From an uncultured cyanobacterium (GTDB lineage Bacteria; Cyanobacteriota; Cyanobacteriia; Cyanobacteriales; Nostocaceae): a stretch of DNA of 64,000 nt. The stretch is taken from the NCBI GenBank assembly GCA_963706595.1, contig OY970166.1, forward strand, positions 1,376,001 to 1,440,000, in the 5' to 3' direction. Position numbers and translations under genes: made by a program. Every line of letters begins with the position of its first letter. The first letter of the stretch is position 1. The notes beneath the pieces were generated by a model. It was not told the DNA's origin, made no database searches, and worked only from the letters and a program-made list of their open reading frames with translations. Positions 52,461-62,345 of this stretch are shown here, piece after piece.

Positions 52461-52666
52461 TTGACATACCTCCTCTTCCTGAAGGAGAGAGGATTCCTTA
52501 ACGCTTCATTGGGTTGTGCTATCGAAATAGTCTTACCATCCCTCGACGTTCGTTTAAAGTCTCCCAATGCCCTGTGGCGACTATATTCAAATTTTACCAG
52601 AAAGCCGTCCTAAAAGGCTTGTACTGAGCTTGTCGAAGTGACGGGGCTTGTATCCCATTATTCTCG
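52461..52666 (-). mobile_element. Non-autonomous IS200/IS605-family element without tnpA/tnpB, retaining a putative omega-RNA region
   Basis: Minus strand: TGAC|CGAG...TACAAGCCCCGTC..CCTTTTAGGACGGC left-end hairpin; right end GAAT-CCTCTCTCCTTCAGGAAGAGG-AGGTATGTCAA. Confidence 0.75.
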
Positions 52667-52736
52667 GTCAAGTTTCGGGATTTCTAAAGCTTGTTCACGA
52701 AAGTACAAAAATAAAGGTCCAACTGGTTAATTAATC

Positions 52737-52952
52737 CAATGGCAAAAACCCCATCCCTATCCTTGGCAAATACCACTACTGACAATGCAGTTTATCAAAG
52801 ATGAATTAAGTTTTAGCTTCTTTTCCACAATAACCACCCTCGGTACTCCTCATGACATCCTGTTGCAGGAACTACGGATTGAAAGCCTGTTTCCCGCAGA
52901 CAAGATGACAGAAGTTAATTTGAGAAAACTAGAAATAGCATCTAAATTATAA
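52737..52952 (+). pseudogene. C-terminal remnant of an MmyB-like (XRE-family) transcriptional regulator
   Basis: Translation ...LSFSFFSTITTLGTPHDILLQELRIESLFPAD...; no N-terminal part. Confidence 0.7.
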
Positions 52953-53546
52953 AGTCGCTGCGAGTTCCCGCAAGCGATCGCCTCCATCCCGAAACACAGG
53001 CCAACCATCACCCACCAAGACTGCTTCGATCTTAGGTAGTGCCGCCAGCCGCCGCACAGAAGCCACAGCCGCCTTGCGATTCAGCAACTTCTCATCAGGC
53101 AAAATTGTTAAACTCCCAGCCTTGCGGGCGCGTACCAAGTCCCCTGTGATTAAAGTTGTTTCCTCCAGTAACAAAGCCAACTCACCCGGAGTCTTAGAAC
53201 CGTGGAGTTCCAACACCTGTAAACCTGGAACCACCTCATCACCATCAGCCAACCAGCGATCGCAATGTATGGGAAAATTATCCTTCTCCCCCACAGGTCC
53301 AGCAATCTTCGCATAAGTTTGATCAGCAATTTCCTTCGCAGACCTGACGTGTTCAGAATTCGTCAACACAATCCAAACCACACCACCGAGGGATTTCAGG
53401 TGATTCCAATCATGATTGGATAAAGCTACAGGGTCAACCAAGACATTACCACCTGGACGAACCCACGCAATCCCATTGAAATCGATATTTCTTGCAGGAT
53501 TGAAAGTAGACCAGCCATATAGATCGGGACGGTGTAGAGATTTCAT
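52947..53546 (-). CDS. MBL-fold metallo-hydrolase
   Basis: VLVDP, LTNSEHVR, SKTPGE, ITGD, VGDG. Confidence 0.85.
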   Translation of the reverse strand: MKSLHRPDLYGWSTFNPARNIDFNGIAWVRPGGNVLVDPVALSNHDWNHLKSLGGVVWIVLTNSEHVRSAKEIADQTYAKIAGPVGEKDNFPIHCDRWLADGDEVVPGLQVLELHGSKTPGELALLLEETTLITGDLVRARKAGSLTILPDEKLLNRKAAVASVRRLAALPKIEAVLVGDGWPVFRDGGDRLRELAATL

Positions 53547-53798
53547 GATGATTCTGGTTCAGTACCTTCAATAACACTGGATTTATAGTTCAGCATCAAT
53601 AATGTATCAACAATCGAGTCTATAATTCAACGCTTATATATAGTAATTTGCAATTACCTGAGTCAAATCAGCAGGATTTACGCCAAAATTTTCTCAAACT
53701 CTGATGAATCTGTGTCCTCTGTGTCTGGTGTGGTATGCGCTGCGCGCACGCTATGCGAACGTTCCTCCTGCCAAAAACTTAACTTCCCAGAACCCATC

Positions 53799-53882
53799 AT
53801 GGCCACCTACGACAACATCCGACAAACAATAGGTAACACGCCATTAGTCAGACTCAACAGCATACCCCAAAACATCAGCTAG
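53799..53882 (+). pseudogene. cysK: N-terminal fragment of cysteine synthase
   Basis: MATYDNIRQTIGNTPLVRLNSIPQNIS*; stops before the PLP lysine. Confidence 0.7.
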
Positions 53883-54397
53883 ATTTGCAAGTTGATTGAG
53901 AAAATGCTTGATCTTCATCTCAGATACTAGGCGAATATTTATTTTTTGACCACAAATACACAAAGAAGACTAAATCATGAAGGTTATACCTCTAAAGGGG
54001 GAAAATTTAAAAAAGCAGACATTGTTTTGGTGCTAGATATTAGCTGATATTGTGATCCCAAGTTAAGCACTGAATAGCCCAAATAAATCTCCACCTAAAG
54101 ATGGGAGATTAAAACTATTGCCAAACAAGAGATCCAGAAAAACCACAGTTATATTATGTGGTATTGGCTTAAAACTCCGGTAATTATATCGGGTTAGTAG
54201 GTTGATAAAAACTACGAAAAAAATGGTATTGACTCTACAAAAAATATGATTACTGTTATAAGTAGTCCTGCTTAAAGCAGTGAACAGTTATCAAGCCAAT
54301 TAAGTAAGAGATTGCAACCAAATTATGTCTCTTGACTGATAACTGATAACTGATAACTGTTAAAACACAAACATCAATAATTCTGGAGATATTTTTT

Positions 54398-54760
54398 ATG
54401 ATGATGATGATGACTGAAACCATGACCACCGAAATGCAAAACTGCATTAACGCTTGCATGGAATGTCACAAAATGTGCCTGGAAACCATGACTCACTGCA
54501 TGAGCCAAGGCGGTAAGCAAATGAACATGAGCATGATGGGGATGATGCGCGACTGCTCAGAAATGTGCATGATGTGTATGAACATGATGATGGGCGGTTC
54601 TGAGTTCATGGGACGCACTTGTATGCTTTGTGCTGAAATGTGCGATCGCTGTGCCACAGCTTGCGAACAAATGAGCCAAGACCAAAAGATGATGCAATGT
54701 GCTGCTTCTTGCCGTAAATGTGCAGAAGCTTGCCAATCCATGCAAATGATGCCTGCTTAA
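54398..54760 (+). CDS. Four-helix bundle copper-binding protein (Csp3/DUF326-like), very Met-rich
   Basis: Repeated CxxxCxxC patterns; 17 Cys and 33 Met in 120 aa; RBS GGAG. Confidence 0.88.
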   Translation: MMMMMTETMTTEMQNCINACMECHKMCLETMTHCMSQGGKQMNMSMMGMMRDCSEMCMMCMNMMMGGSEFMGRTCMLCAEMCDRCATACEQMSQDQKMMQCAASCRKCAEACQSMQMMPA

Positions 54761-54887
54761 TTTCAATTCCTCGCAGAAGTTTCTCTGCAACCTATGATGC
54801 AAGCGCTCAGGCTTTCGAGTTTGGGCGTTTGCAGTTTTGGAGTCAACCAATTTCCGTTAAACTGACATCGACAGCCGTACAAAGCTG

Positions 54888-55688
54888 ATGATGAAACACC
54901 TCAAATCTACTTCCCAAGACTTGCGGAATTTGTTTGAAAGCAGTATTACCATTGAATATGTAGCCGAATCCCTCAAAGCTGTATCAGCAGACGAGCCGGT
55001 AACAGAGGTACTGCACTGGATGAAGACGCAGGATTTTGATGTTGTAGGTATTAAAACGGGAGAGAAAATTACTGGCTATGTGGAACGTTCTAGTTTAATA
55101 TCAGCTAAATCTGGTAAATGTAGCGACTATCAACGGTTATTTCATCCCCAAGAACTGATTGCTATTTCTACTCCTCTGCTGAAGTTGCTACCTATCCTGC
55201 AACAAACACCGCGATTGTTTGTCCTCGACTGTAATCATGTCAGTGGAATTATTACCTGTGGCGACTTGCAGAAAGCACCAGCGCGAATGCTGCTGTTTGG
55301 TTTGGTGACACTGTTGGAAATGAATTTACTTCGGTTAGTGCGGCTTTACTATCCCCAGGATTCCTGGCAAAAAGTCCTCAAACCTGAACGCTTAGAGGTT
55401 GCACAACGGCTATGGCGAGAGAGTCAGGAAAGAAATGAAGCTACAGATTTGTTGGACTATCTTCAGTTCTGTGATAAACGTGAGTTGGTTTTAAATCAAC
55501 CCGAACTGCTTCAGCAATTGGGGTTAAAGTCGAAACGGTTTGGTGAACGCTTTCTCAAATCTGCCGAACAGTTGCGAAACCGATTGGCGCACGCCCAAAA
55601 TTTAGTCAGTGCTTCTTCTTGGATAGAGTTGATTTCGCTAGCTGAGGCGATGGAAATGCTGTTAATTCGCTGTGAAGAAATTGAGTAA
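54888..55688 (+). CDS. Hypothetical protein with CBS-like N-terminus and HEPN-like RNRLAH C-terminus
   Basis: GIIT..DL (CBS-like); LRNRLAH R-x4-H motif. Confidence 0.65.
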   Translation: MMKHLKSTSQDLRNLFESSITIEYVAESLKAVSADEPVTEVLHWMKTQDFDVVGIKTGEKITGYVERSSLISAKSGKCSDYQRLFHPQELIAISTPLLKLLPILQQTPRLFVLDCNHVSGIITCGDLQKAPARMLLFGLVTLLEMNLLRLVRLYYPQDSWQKVLKPERLEVAQRLWRESQERNEATDLLDYLQFCDKRELVLNQPELLQQLGLKSKRFGERFLKSAEQLRNRLAHAQNLVSASSWIELISLAEAMEMLLIRCEEIE

Positions 55689-55723
55689 GGGCTAAAGCCC
55701 TGATTTGAGGACTAAAGTCCTCA

Positions 55724-56263
55724 CTACGAACTGAATTGTGGCAATAATGTCTCAACGCTGGCATTGTGATCTAAAAAGGAAAACAAATGTCTGTAAAGTA
55801 ATTTACCATCTTGATCCAAAACAAACTGGGCTGGTAAAGGCGCACCCAAAGCTTGTCCTACCTTGTATGTCCGAAATACCCGACAACTAGGGTCACTCAG
55901 CAATGGCATTTTTAAACCTAAATCTTTGACAACTATTTGACTTTGCTTTTCATCTGTACTAGTAATCATTAAAACTTCAATACCACGACTTTTAAATTGT
56001 TCGTAGTTTTCATTCAAAGCTTTAATATGAGGAAAACAAAAGGGACAATATTGTTTTTCTGTAAATATGCGCGTAAAGGCCAGTAATACTGGTTGCTTGC
56101 CTTTGTAATTTGAGAGTTTCACCACAGTGCCATTAGTGATATCTGGCAGTTGAAAATCTGGTGTCCCTACTCCCAGCCTAAGCTGATTTATCGCCGGGAT
56201 TGGTAAAAAATTACGAAAGAAGCGCTCATTTAATAAGCCACTAAAATCAGTAGAAGTAAGCAT
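55724..56263 (-). CDS. AhpC/TSA family redoxin
   Basis: PDFQLPD, YCPFC, LLSDP, PAQFVLD. Confidence 0.85.
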   Translation of the reverse strand: MLTSTDFSGLLNERFFRNFLPIPAINQLRLGVGTPDFQLPDITNGTVVKLSNYKGKQPVLLAFTRIFTEKQYCPFCFPHIKALNENYEQFKSRGIEVLMITSTDEKQSQIVVKDLGLKMPLLSDPSCRVFRTYKVGQALGAPLPAQFVLDQDGKLLYRHLFSFLDHNASVETLLPQFSS

Positions 56264-56353
56264 ATTTTTAAGACAATTTATTGATAAAAAACTTTAAAAT
56301 TAAAAACCACAGATATACATAGAAGACAACACTAAATAATAAATATCTGTGTT

Positions 56354-56458
56354 TATAGCGGTTCTCGGTTGAGTGAGATACAAGAACCCCACCCCCAACC
56401 CCCTCCCCGCAAGCGATGAGGGGGCTATGATGTACTTGATTCAAGTGCATACCGCTAT
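56354..56458. mobile_element. MITE with ATAGCGGT/ACCGCTAT termini
   Basis: Terminal inverted repeats; near-identical partial copy at 2927-3010. Confidence 0.7.
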
Positions 56459-56505
56459 GTCTGTGTGCATCTGTGGTTTTTTTCGTCGGAATCTTCTAAG
56501 GAAAT

Positions 56506-57117
56506 CTAGACAGCCGAGAAGTAGACTTTGGACTTCACAGGGTCAGGATTCATGGTTTTGTCCCCAGGTTGCCAACCGGCTGGGCAAACTTCATCAGGGT
56601 GAGACTGAACATACTGAAGGGCTTGTAATGTCCGCAGGGTTTCATCCACGCTGCGACCAAAAGCCAAGTTGTTGACGGTAGAATGCTGGATGACACCATC
56701 TTTATCAATAATGAACAAACCGCGCAAAGCAATGCCGGCGGCTGGGTCAAGGACGTTATAGGTGGCGCTAATTTCTTTTTTGATGTCGGACACTAAGGGA
56801 TAATTTAGGTCGCCCACACCACCAGACTTACGATCAGTTTGAATCCAGGCTAGGTGAGAGAACTCGCTATCAACGGAAACACCGAGAACTTCAGTGTTAA
56901 CTTTCTTAAATTCTTCGTAGCGATCGCTAAATGCTGTAATCTCAGTCGGGCAAACAAAGGTAAAGTCTAGAGGGTAGAAAAACAGAACGACATACTTACC
57001 GCGATAGTCGGAAAGTTTAATGGTCTTAAATTCTTGGTCTACCACAGCCGTGGCTGTAAATTCAGGAGCCTGTTGACCAACGCGTAGGCATCCTTCTGCT
57101 GCGTAAGTGAGGGACAT
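56506..57117 (-). CDS. ahpC: 2-Cys peroxiredoxin
   Basis: [13 protein letters not shown] and EVCPAGW. Confidence 0.96.
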   Translation of the reverse strand: MSLTYAAEGCLRVGQQAPEFTATAVVDQEFKTIKLSDYRGKYVVLFFYPLDFTFVCPTEITAFSDRYEEFKKVNTEVLGVSVDSEFSHLAWIQTDRKSGGVGDLNYPLVSDIKKEISATYNVLDPAAGIALRGLFIIDKDGVIQHSTVNNLAFGRSVDETLRTLQALQYVQSHPDEVCPAGWQPGDKTMNPDPVKSKVYFSAV

Positions 57118-57257
57118 TAAACGAATTCTCCTTCAACTTATATAAGTATAATAGTGTGGAACTTTGGGTCTGTTGACACTGAACCCATCTACAATTGTTA
57201 CAGTTTAATTACAATCTGTTACGACTATATCATAGTCATAACGATTTTGAGTAACAA

Positions 57258-59258
57258 ATGCCTGATTTAGATACAAGAGAATGGTTACTGACCAATGGCT
57301 TGGGGAGTTTTGCCAGTGGGACAATTTCGGATGTTCGCACGCGGACTTATCATGGTTGGCTATTTGCGGCGACAAATCCGCCCTGTGGTCGCACTTTGTT
57401 GTTTTCTCACCTAGAAGCTAGTTTGGAAGTATCAGGAAGGTTGATAGCACTAGGAACGAACTTCTGGGGCAATAATCAGATTTCGCCCCAGGGCTACAAA
57501 CTGCTGCACTGTTTTGATATTAACCCAGTTCCCAAATGGATTTGGCAACAAGATAACTGGCAAATAAGCAGGCAATTGCTGATGCCTCACGGGTTGGGAG
57601 TTGGGGACAAAGACATTTGTTCACATCGGCTGTTGATGCATTATCGCTATGAAGGCAGTGAACCGGCAATTTTAAGGCTACGCTTGCTGATAGGCGATCG
57701 CGATTTTCACCACCAGCAAAAACGTGATTCAGGCTTACAGTTTTCCCAATTACTTGCTCAAAATCAAGTTTGTCTCCAAGGCATATTTTCTGGGGAATTT
57801 GGCACACCTTGGCATTTGCGTTGGACTCAAGGAGAATATCAAGCAGATGGCGTTTGGTATTGGGATTATCAGTTACCAGAGGAGAAAGAACGAGGATTAG
57901 GCGATCGCGAAGACCTGTATAGTCCTGGTTACTTAACCGTTATACTTCAGCCAGGAGATGCAGTCACCTTGGAAGCGCAAACGGGTTTTCCCAATCGGGA
58001 GCAAAGTCTACTCACTCCCGAAATTTTTGCAGAGGCGATAGAGATAGAACAAGAAAGACTAGCGCAGATTTTTGGCTGGGGAGAAAATAAACCCTTCACA
58101 TCTCCCATTAGGCAGAAATTATTAACAGCCAGCGACCAGTTTATCGTTTATCGAGCCTCAATATCTGGTCCCACAGTCATTGCTGGTTATCACTGGTTCA
58201 ACGATTGGGGACGTGATACCTTAATTGCTTTACCGGGTTTAGCCTTAGTCACCCAGCGCTATGAATTAGCAAAAGGGTTATTACAAACCTTTGGGCGTTA
58301 CTGTCGCCACGGTTTAATTCCCAACGTTTTTCCTGATATTGACGGAGAACCGGCTTATAACAGTATTGATGCGGCGTTATGGTGGATTGAAACTTTAGGA
58401 CTTTATTTAGAAGCTACCCAAGACTGGGAATTTTTAGCAGCACAGTTTCCCGTAGTGCAGCAAATCCACAAAGCCTTTATGGGTGGTACACTTTACAACA
58501 TCCAAATTGATGCTACTGATGGGTTAGTTAGTTGGGATGCGCCTGGTGTTGCTCTTACCTGGATGGATGTGGTGATTTCGGGACAGCCTGTAACACCCCG
58601 CAATGGTAAACCAGTAGAAATCAATGCGCTGTGGTATTCGGCTTTATGTTGGATGAGTCAATGGGCGGAACGCTTGAGCCAACTGGAGTTGGGCGATTCA
58701 GCCCGTCTGGGAAAACAGGCGCTGCGTTATGCTCAACAAGCGGAACAAGTGACTATTTCTCTGCAAAAGTTTTGGAATCCACAGATTGGTTATTTGTATG
58801 ACACGATTTATCCCGATGATAGTCGTAATTCCCAGGTGCGTCCGAATGCGGTTTTAGCATTGTCGCTGCATCATTGTGGGTTCTCGGAGCAGCAAAGGCG
58901 CGCAGTAGTGGATTTAGCAACTTCCCGTTTACTTACTCCCTATGGTCTTCGCAGTCTTGATGCAGCCGACACCGATTATATAGGTAAATACACAGGCGAC
59001 TCAGAACAGCGCGATCGCTCCTATCATCAAGGTACAGTTTGGGCTTGGCTGATTGGTCCCTTTGTGCGTGCATGGCAGCGTTCTTACCCAAAACGAAGTT
59101 TACCCTTTGATTGGCAACCATTGCTGGATCATTTCCTAGCTGATGGCTGTATTCACTCGATTTCGGAGATTTTTGACGGAGATTCGCCTCATGCTCCCAA
59201 AGGTGCGATCGCACAAGCTTGGTCAGTTTCCGAGGTAATTAGACACTATAGCCTATAA
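57258..59258 (+). CDS. Amylo-alpha-1,6-glucosidase (glycogen debranching family)
   Basis: EWLLTNGLG, IAGYHWF.DWGRDT, TWMD, K.VEINALWY, RPN, YHQGTVW, QAWSVSE. Confidence 0.93.
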   Translation: MPDLDTREWLLTNGLGSFASGTISDVRTRTYHGWLFAATNPPCGRTLLFSHLEASLEVSGRLIALGTNFWGNNQISPQGYKLLHCFDINPVPKWIWQQDNWQISRQLLMPHGLGVGDKDICSHRLLMHYRYEGSEPAILRLRLLIGDRDFHHQQKRDSGLQFSQLLAQNQVCLQGIFSGEFGTPWHLRWTQGEYQADGVWYWDYQLPEEKERGLGDREDLYSPGYLTVILQPGDAVTLEAQTGFPNREQSLLTPEIFAEAIEIEQERLAQIFGWGENKPFTSPIRQKLLTASDQFIVYRASISGPTVIAGYHWFNDWGRDTLIALPGLALVTQRYELAKGLLQTFGRYCRHGLIPNVFPDIDGEPAYNSIDAALWWIETLGLYLEATQDWEFLAAQFPVVQQIHKAFMGGTLYNIQIDATDGLVSWDAPGVALTWMDVVISGQPVTPRNGKPVEINALWYSALCWMSQWAERLSQLELGDSARLGKQALRYAQQAEQVTISLQKFWNPQIGYLYDTIYPDDSRNSQVRPNAVLALSLHHCGFSEQQRRAVVDLATSRLLTPYGLRSLDAADTDYIGKYTGDSEQRDRSYHQGTVWAWLIGPFVRAWQRSYPKRSLPFDWQPLLDHFLADGCIHSISEIFDGDSPHAPKGAIAQAWSVSEVIRHYSL

Positions 59259-59447
59259 ATCCACACAGGTGAAACTCACTTGTGTCATGTCACTCTCTAT
59301 ACTGCTGGAATACCCAAGAGTTTAGTTTTACACCCCAACAGCAAACTACCCCCCGTGAGTAGCATGGCATTTTTTCTGTGATCAAAATTGTGCTAGATTC
59401 GCTAACGATAACTCGTTTAATGCTCCTAATAATCATTATCAAAAGCA

Positions 59448-60296
59448 TTATTTAGATTTATCTATTCTACTAAACAATTTCATAGTTTTATACTCAATCA
59501 AACTTACAGGAAACATAATTCCCGGCTTCTTATTAATAGGATTTAGGGTATTAAATACTCTGTCCCAAAAGCCATGAATGCCATAATTTCCATTAAAACC
59601 AGTGTGATGAAGATCATGAAAATTTGAGGGAATAAAAAATATTGATAAAGAACTATGTCCTTCTAAATTATAAATATTACCTATCAAAGTCCATGCACAA
59701 AGTTGAGTTATATCATATCCAAAAATAAGGATAGGTAAAACATCTGTGATGGTAACAATAATATATTCCAGAAGGCTTTTATGTCCAGCTACAAAACTTG
59801 ATGTATCTTTAAATTCATGATGTTTAAGATGAATTTTGATAAATGATTTTGTATGAAATAATCTATGGACTACATAAAAGCAGAAATCAGCCGCAACTAT
59901 TCTCATCAAAAACCATCCAAAATTCAGAAGTAAATTACTATCTCTATGAACTTGTGGAGCTAAATATAGTATGATTAATGCTGCTATTAAACTTTTAATT
60001 TCTCCTGTAATTATACCTTTTAAAGTAAAAGCAGGAAATGATTGTTTTTTTACTTTGTTAACTCTTGCAGTTAATTTTTCAGTTAAATTATCTTTACTTT
60101 TGATGAATTTTTCGATGAAAAAACCAATAGCATAAAATGAGCTAGAACCAATCAGCCAGTATAGTAATACCTGGGTGATAAAATTAAATTCTATATTATT
60201 GAACAGAAAATAAAATATCTGCTGAACCATTGTACAACTAATAGCAATTTTGAGATAAAATTCTAACTCAAAACACCAATAAAAGAACCTTTGCAT
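59448..60296 (-). CDS. Sterol desaturase / fatty acid hydroxylase family protein
   Basis: His boxes HRLFH, HLKHH, HDLHH and NYG...WD; AT-rich. Confidence 0.88.
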   Translation of the reverse strand: MQRFFYWCFELEFYLKIAISCTMVQQIFYFLFNNIEFNFITQVLLYWLIGSSSFYAIGFFIEKFIKSKDNLTEKLTARVNKVKKQSFPAFTLKGIITGEIKSLIAALIILYLAPQVHRDSNLLLNFGWFLMRIVAADFCFYVVHRLFHTKSFIKIHLKHHEFKDTSSFVAGHKSLLEYIIVTITDVLPILIFGYDITQLCAWTLIGNIYNLEGHSSLSIFFIPSNFHDLHHTGFNGNYGIHGFWDRVFNTLNPINKKPGIMFPVSLIEYKTMKLFSRIDKSK

Positions 60297-60442
60297 CTTT
60301 GTAACTCCTCATTTATCTATACAAGTATTTGATTAATTTGATTGGTTTGATTAAAAAGTACGTCAGATGTGAAAATTATATTCATTATTAATGATTTATT
60401 TAATCTGATACATCCCTTTAATTAAGCTAAAAAAACTCATTT

Positions 60443-60520
60443 AACTTGACAAAAAATCAATCCAAATCACCCTTTTTTATTTTTACAACTTTTTACAGTT
60501 TTCCATCCTTTAGTCTGCAA
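60443..60520. repeat. 78-bp upstream segment duplicated at 63591-63668
   Basis: aacttgacaa.aatcaatccaaa...tttttacagtttt..atccttta.tctgcaa, ungapped. Confidence 0.75.
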
Positions 60521-60682
60521 TTGTTTTTCCATAGTTACTAAATTAAACTTCCGAATTTGGCATTTATAGAATATCATTGTTTTTCGCATTGATAGATAGA
60601 CATCCCAAAAACAAAACTTAACTAATTACCTAATTTACCCAAAGTTAAGGATGAAAATTTGAAAGACAAAGAGTATACGAAA

Positions 60683-62266
60683 TTAATCTTCCTTAATTGC
60701 ATTACCAGCAGGAAGTAGAATACCTTTCACCAATAAAGTATCCATAAACATCTTCCGCAGAATTCGCTGGATGTGAATATGTTTTCCTGGCTTTACTTTT
60801 GTCAACGTTCGCAGCAATAAATTAGATTCACCCATACTTTCTACACCATCTACTAAAGTGGGTTCAAGTACATCTGGATAATTTGTTTGTAACTGCTGTC
60901 CTATTTCTTCAATCACTTGATATATATGAGTTAAATTAGAATCATAAGGTACATAAACTTCCACGACTGCAAATATGTACTGTTTGGAGTAATTGGTAAT
61001 TGAACCAATATCCCCATTACGAATAATCTGCAATTGACCATTCGGATGTCTGATGCGGGTAGTTCTCAGTTCAATGGCCTCAACAGTACCTTCTACTGCT
61101 TTCTCTTCAGCTTTACCAGCTTCAATATAGTCACCTACCAAATAATAGTTTTCAAAAAGAATAAAAAAGCCACAAACTATATCATTAATTAGTGTTTGTG
61201 CGCCTAAACCCACAGCGATACCAACAATCCCAGCACCAGCTAAGATAGGAGTAGGATTAATATCAAGAATATAGAGAATGGAAACTGCAACGCTGAAGTA
61301 AATTAAATATTGCAACAAACTACGAAACAAAGGAATCATAGTTAAGCGTCTGCTTTTTTGGGTGTCGGTCAAATCCTGGTCTTTGAATAGCACCTCTTCT
61401 AGCAGTAAGTAAATCACCTCAAATATCACACGACTTATGAAAATGATAGCGATGATGTTTATAATTTTTAAACCAAAAATCGCCAGCTTGGCTATTAACT
61501 GCACCTGCTGAATTACCAATGTGACTGTGCAGACGTAAATCACAAATTCTAAACATCGCTTTAAAAAGGGAATCAGGTGTTGGAGACGATCATAAAATCT
61601 TAATAGATTATCAGGACTGGAGTATTTGACGCTCAGAACATCTAGAATATCAACAATTGCCGCAACTGCTTTGAGAATGAGTAATCCCACACCAATGATC
61701 AAATAAATCCGCAGTGCAATGTAAAGATACTCTGAAGCTAGTGTGGGTAATTTGAGAAATTGGGTACAAGCAATCAGAACCCATAACCAAATTCCACCTC
61801 TGATTCTTTGATTGAGTGCGGTGAAAAAAGTGTCAATACTTTCATCGTCGGACGTATTTTGATCTAAGTTCTTAGCGCGATTACTAGCTATCTTCAACCA
61901 AGATTTGATGACTTTGAGAGCGAATATTGCTGCAATTATAACACCACCACTTTTAGCAATACCAATTCCTAATGCCATCCAAAATCCTGATGGAATCTTG
62001 CGAATCAAGGCTATTGTATATTGTTGGAGGTCTTCACCCCGATAGATGAGATAACCATTAGCACCGACAATCAAAATGCACAATACTATGCAACTCAGCA
62101 ATAATAAACCAGTAATATTGCGGCGCATAATTTTGATTTTTAAATCGTCGCCCTTGAATATTGATAATCTAACCAACAACTTGAATAACTTACCTACAAG
62201 CCATCTTAATAAGAGAAAAACAATTATTAAAATGCCGACTTCAGCCAAAATAATTAATAGGTTCAT
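60683..62266 (-). CDS. Mechanosensitive ion channel, MscS family
   Basis: LAGAGIVGIAVGLGAQ...D...GFFIL, G.VEAIELRTT, NYS. Confidence 0.92.
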   Translation of the reverse strand: MNLLIILAEVGILIIVFLLLRWLVGKLFKLLVRLSIFKGDDLKIKIMRRNITGLLLLSCIVLCILIVGANGYLIYRGEDLQQYTIALIRKIPSGFWMALGIGIAKSGGVIIAAIFALKVIKSWLKIASNRAKNLDQNTSDDESIDTFFTALNQRIRGGIWLWVLIACTQFLKLPTLASEYLYIALRIYLIIGVGLLILKAVAAIVDILDVLSVKYSSPDNLLRFYDRLQHLIPFLKRCLEFVIYVCTVTLVIQQVQLIAKLAIFGLKIINIIAIIFISRVIFEVIYLLLEEVLFKDQDLTDTQKSRRLTMIPLFRSLLQYLIYFSVAVSILYILDINPTPILAGAGIVGIAVGLGAQTLINDIVCGFFILFENYYLVGDYIEAGKAEEKAVEGTVEAIELRTTRIRHPNGQLQIIRNGDIGSITNYSKQYIFAVVEVYVPYDSNLTHIYQVIEEIGQQLQTNYPDVLEPTLVDGVESMGESNLLLRTLTKVKPGKHIHIQRILRKMFMDTLLVKGILLPAGNAIKED

Positions 62267-62345
62267 ATTTCGGTAATTTTCGCATTTTCATGATACCAAA
62301 TACCCGAACCCTCAAAGAATTCGGGTATATTTACGCTGAAGTTTT

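Noticed and set aside
52370..52567. 65-aa minus-strand ORF as a TnpB fragment
   Set aside because: No RuvC or zinc-finger motifs; it reads through the IS end and a repeat
56268..56675. ORFs 56268-56450 and 56373-56675
   Set aside because: Derived from the MITE and antisense to the peroxiredoxin
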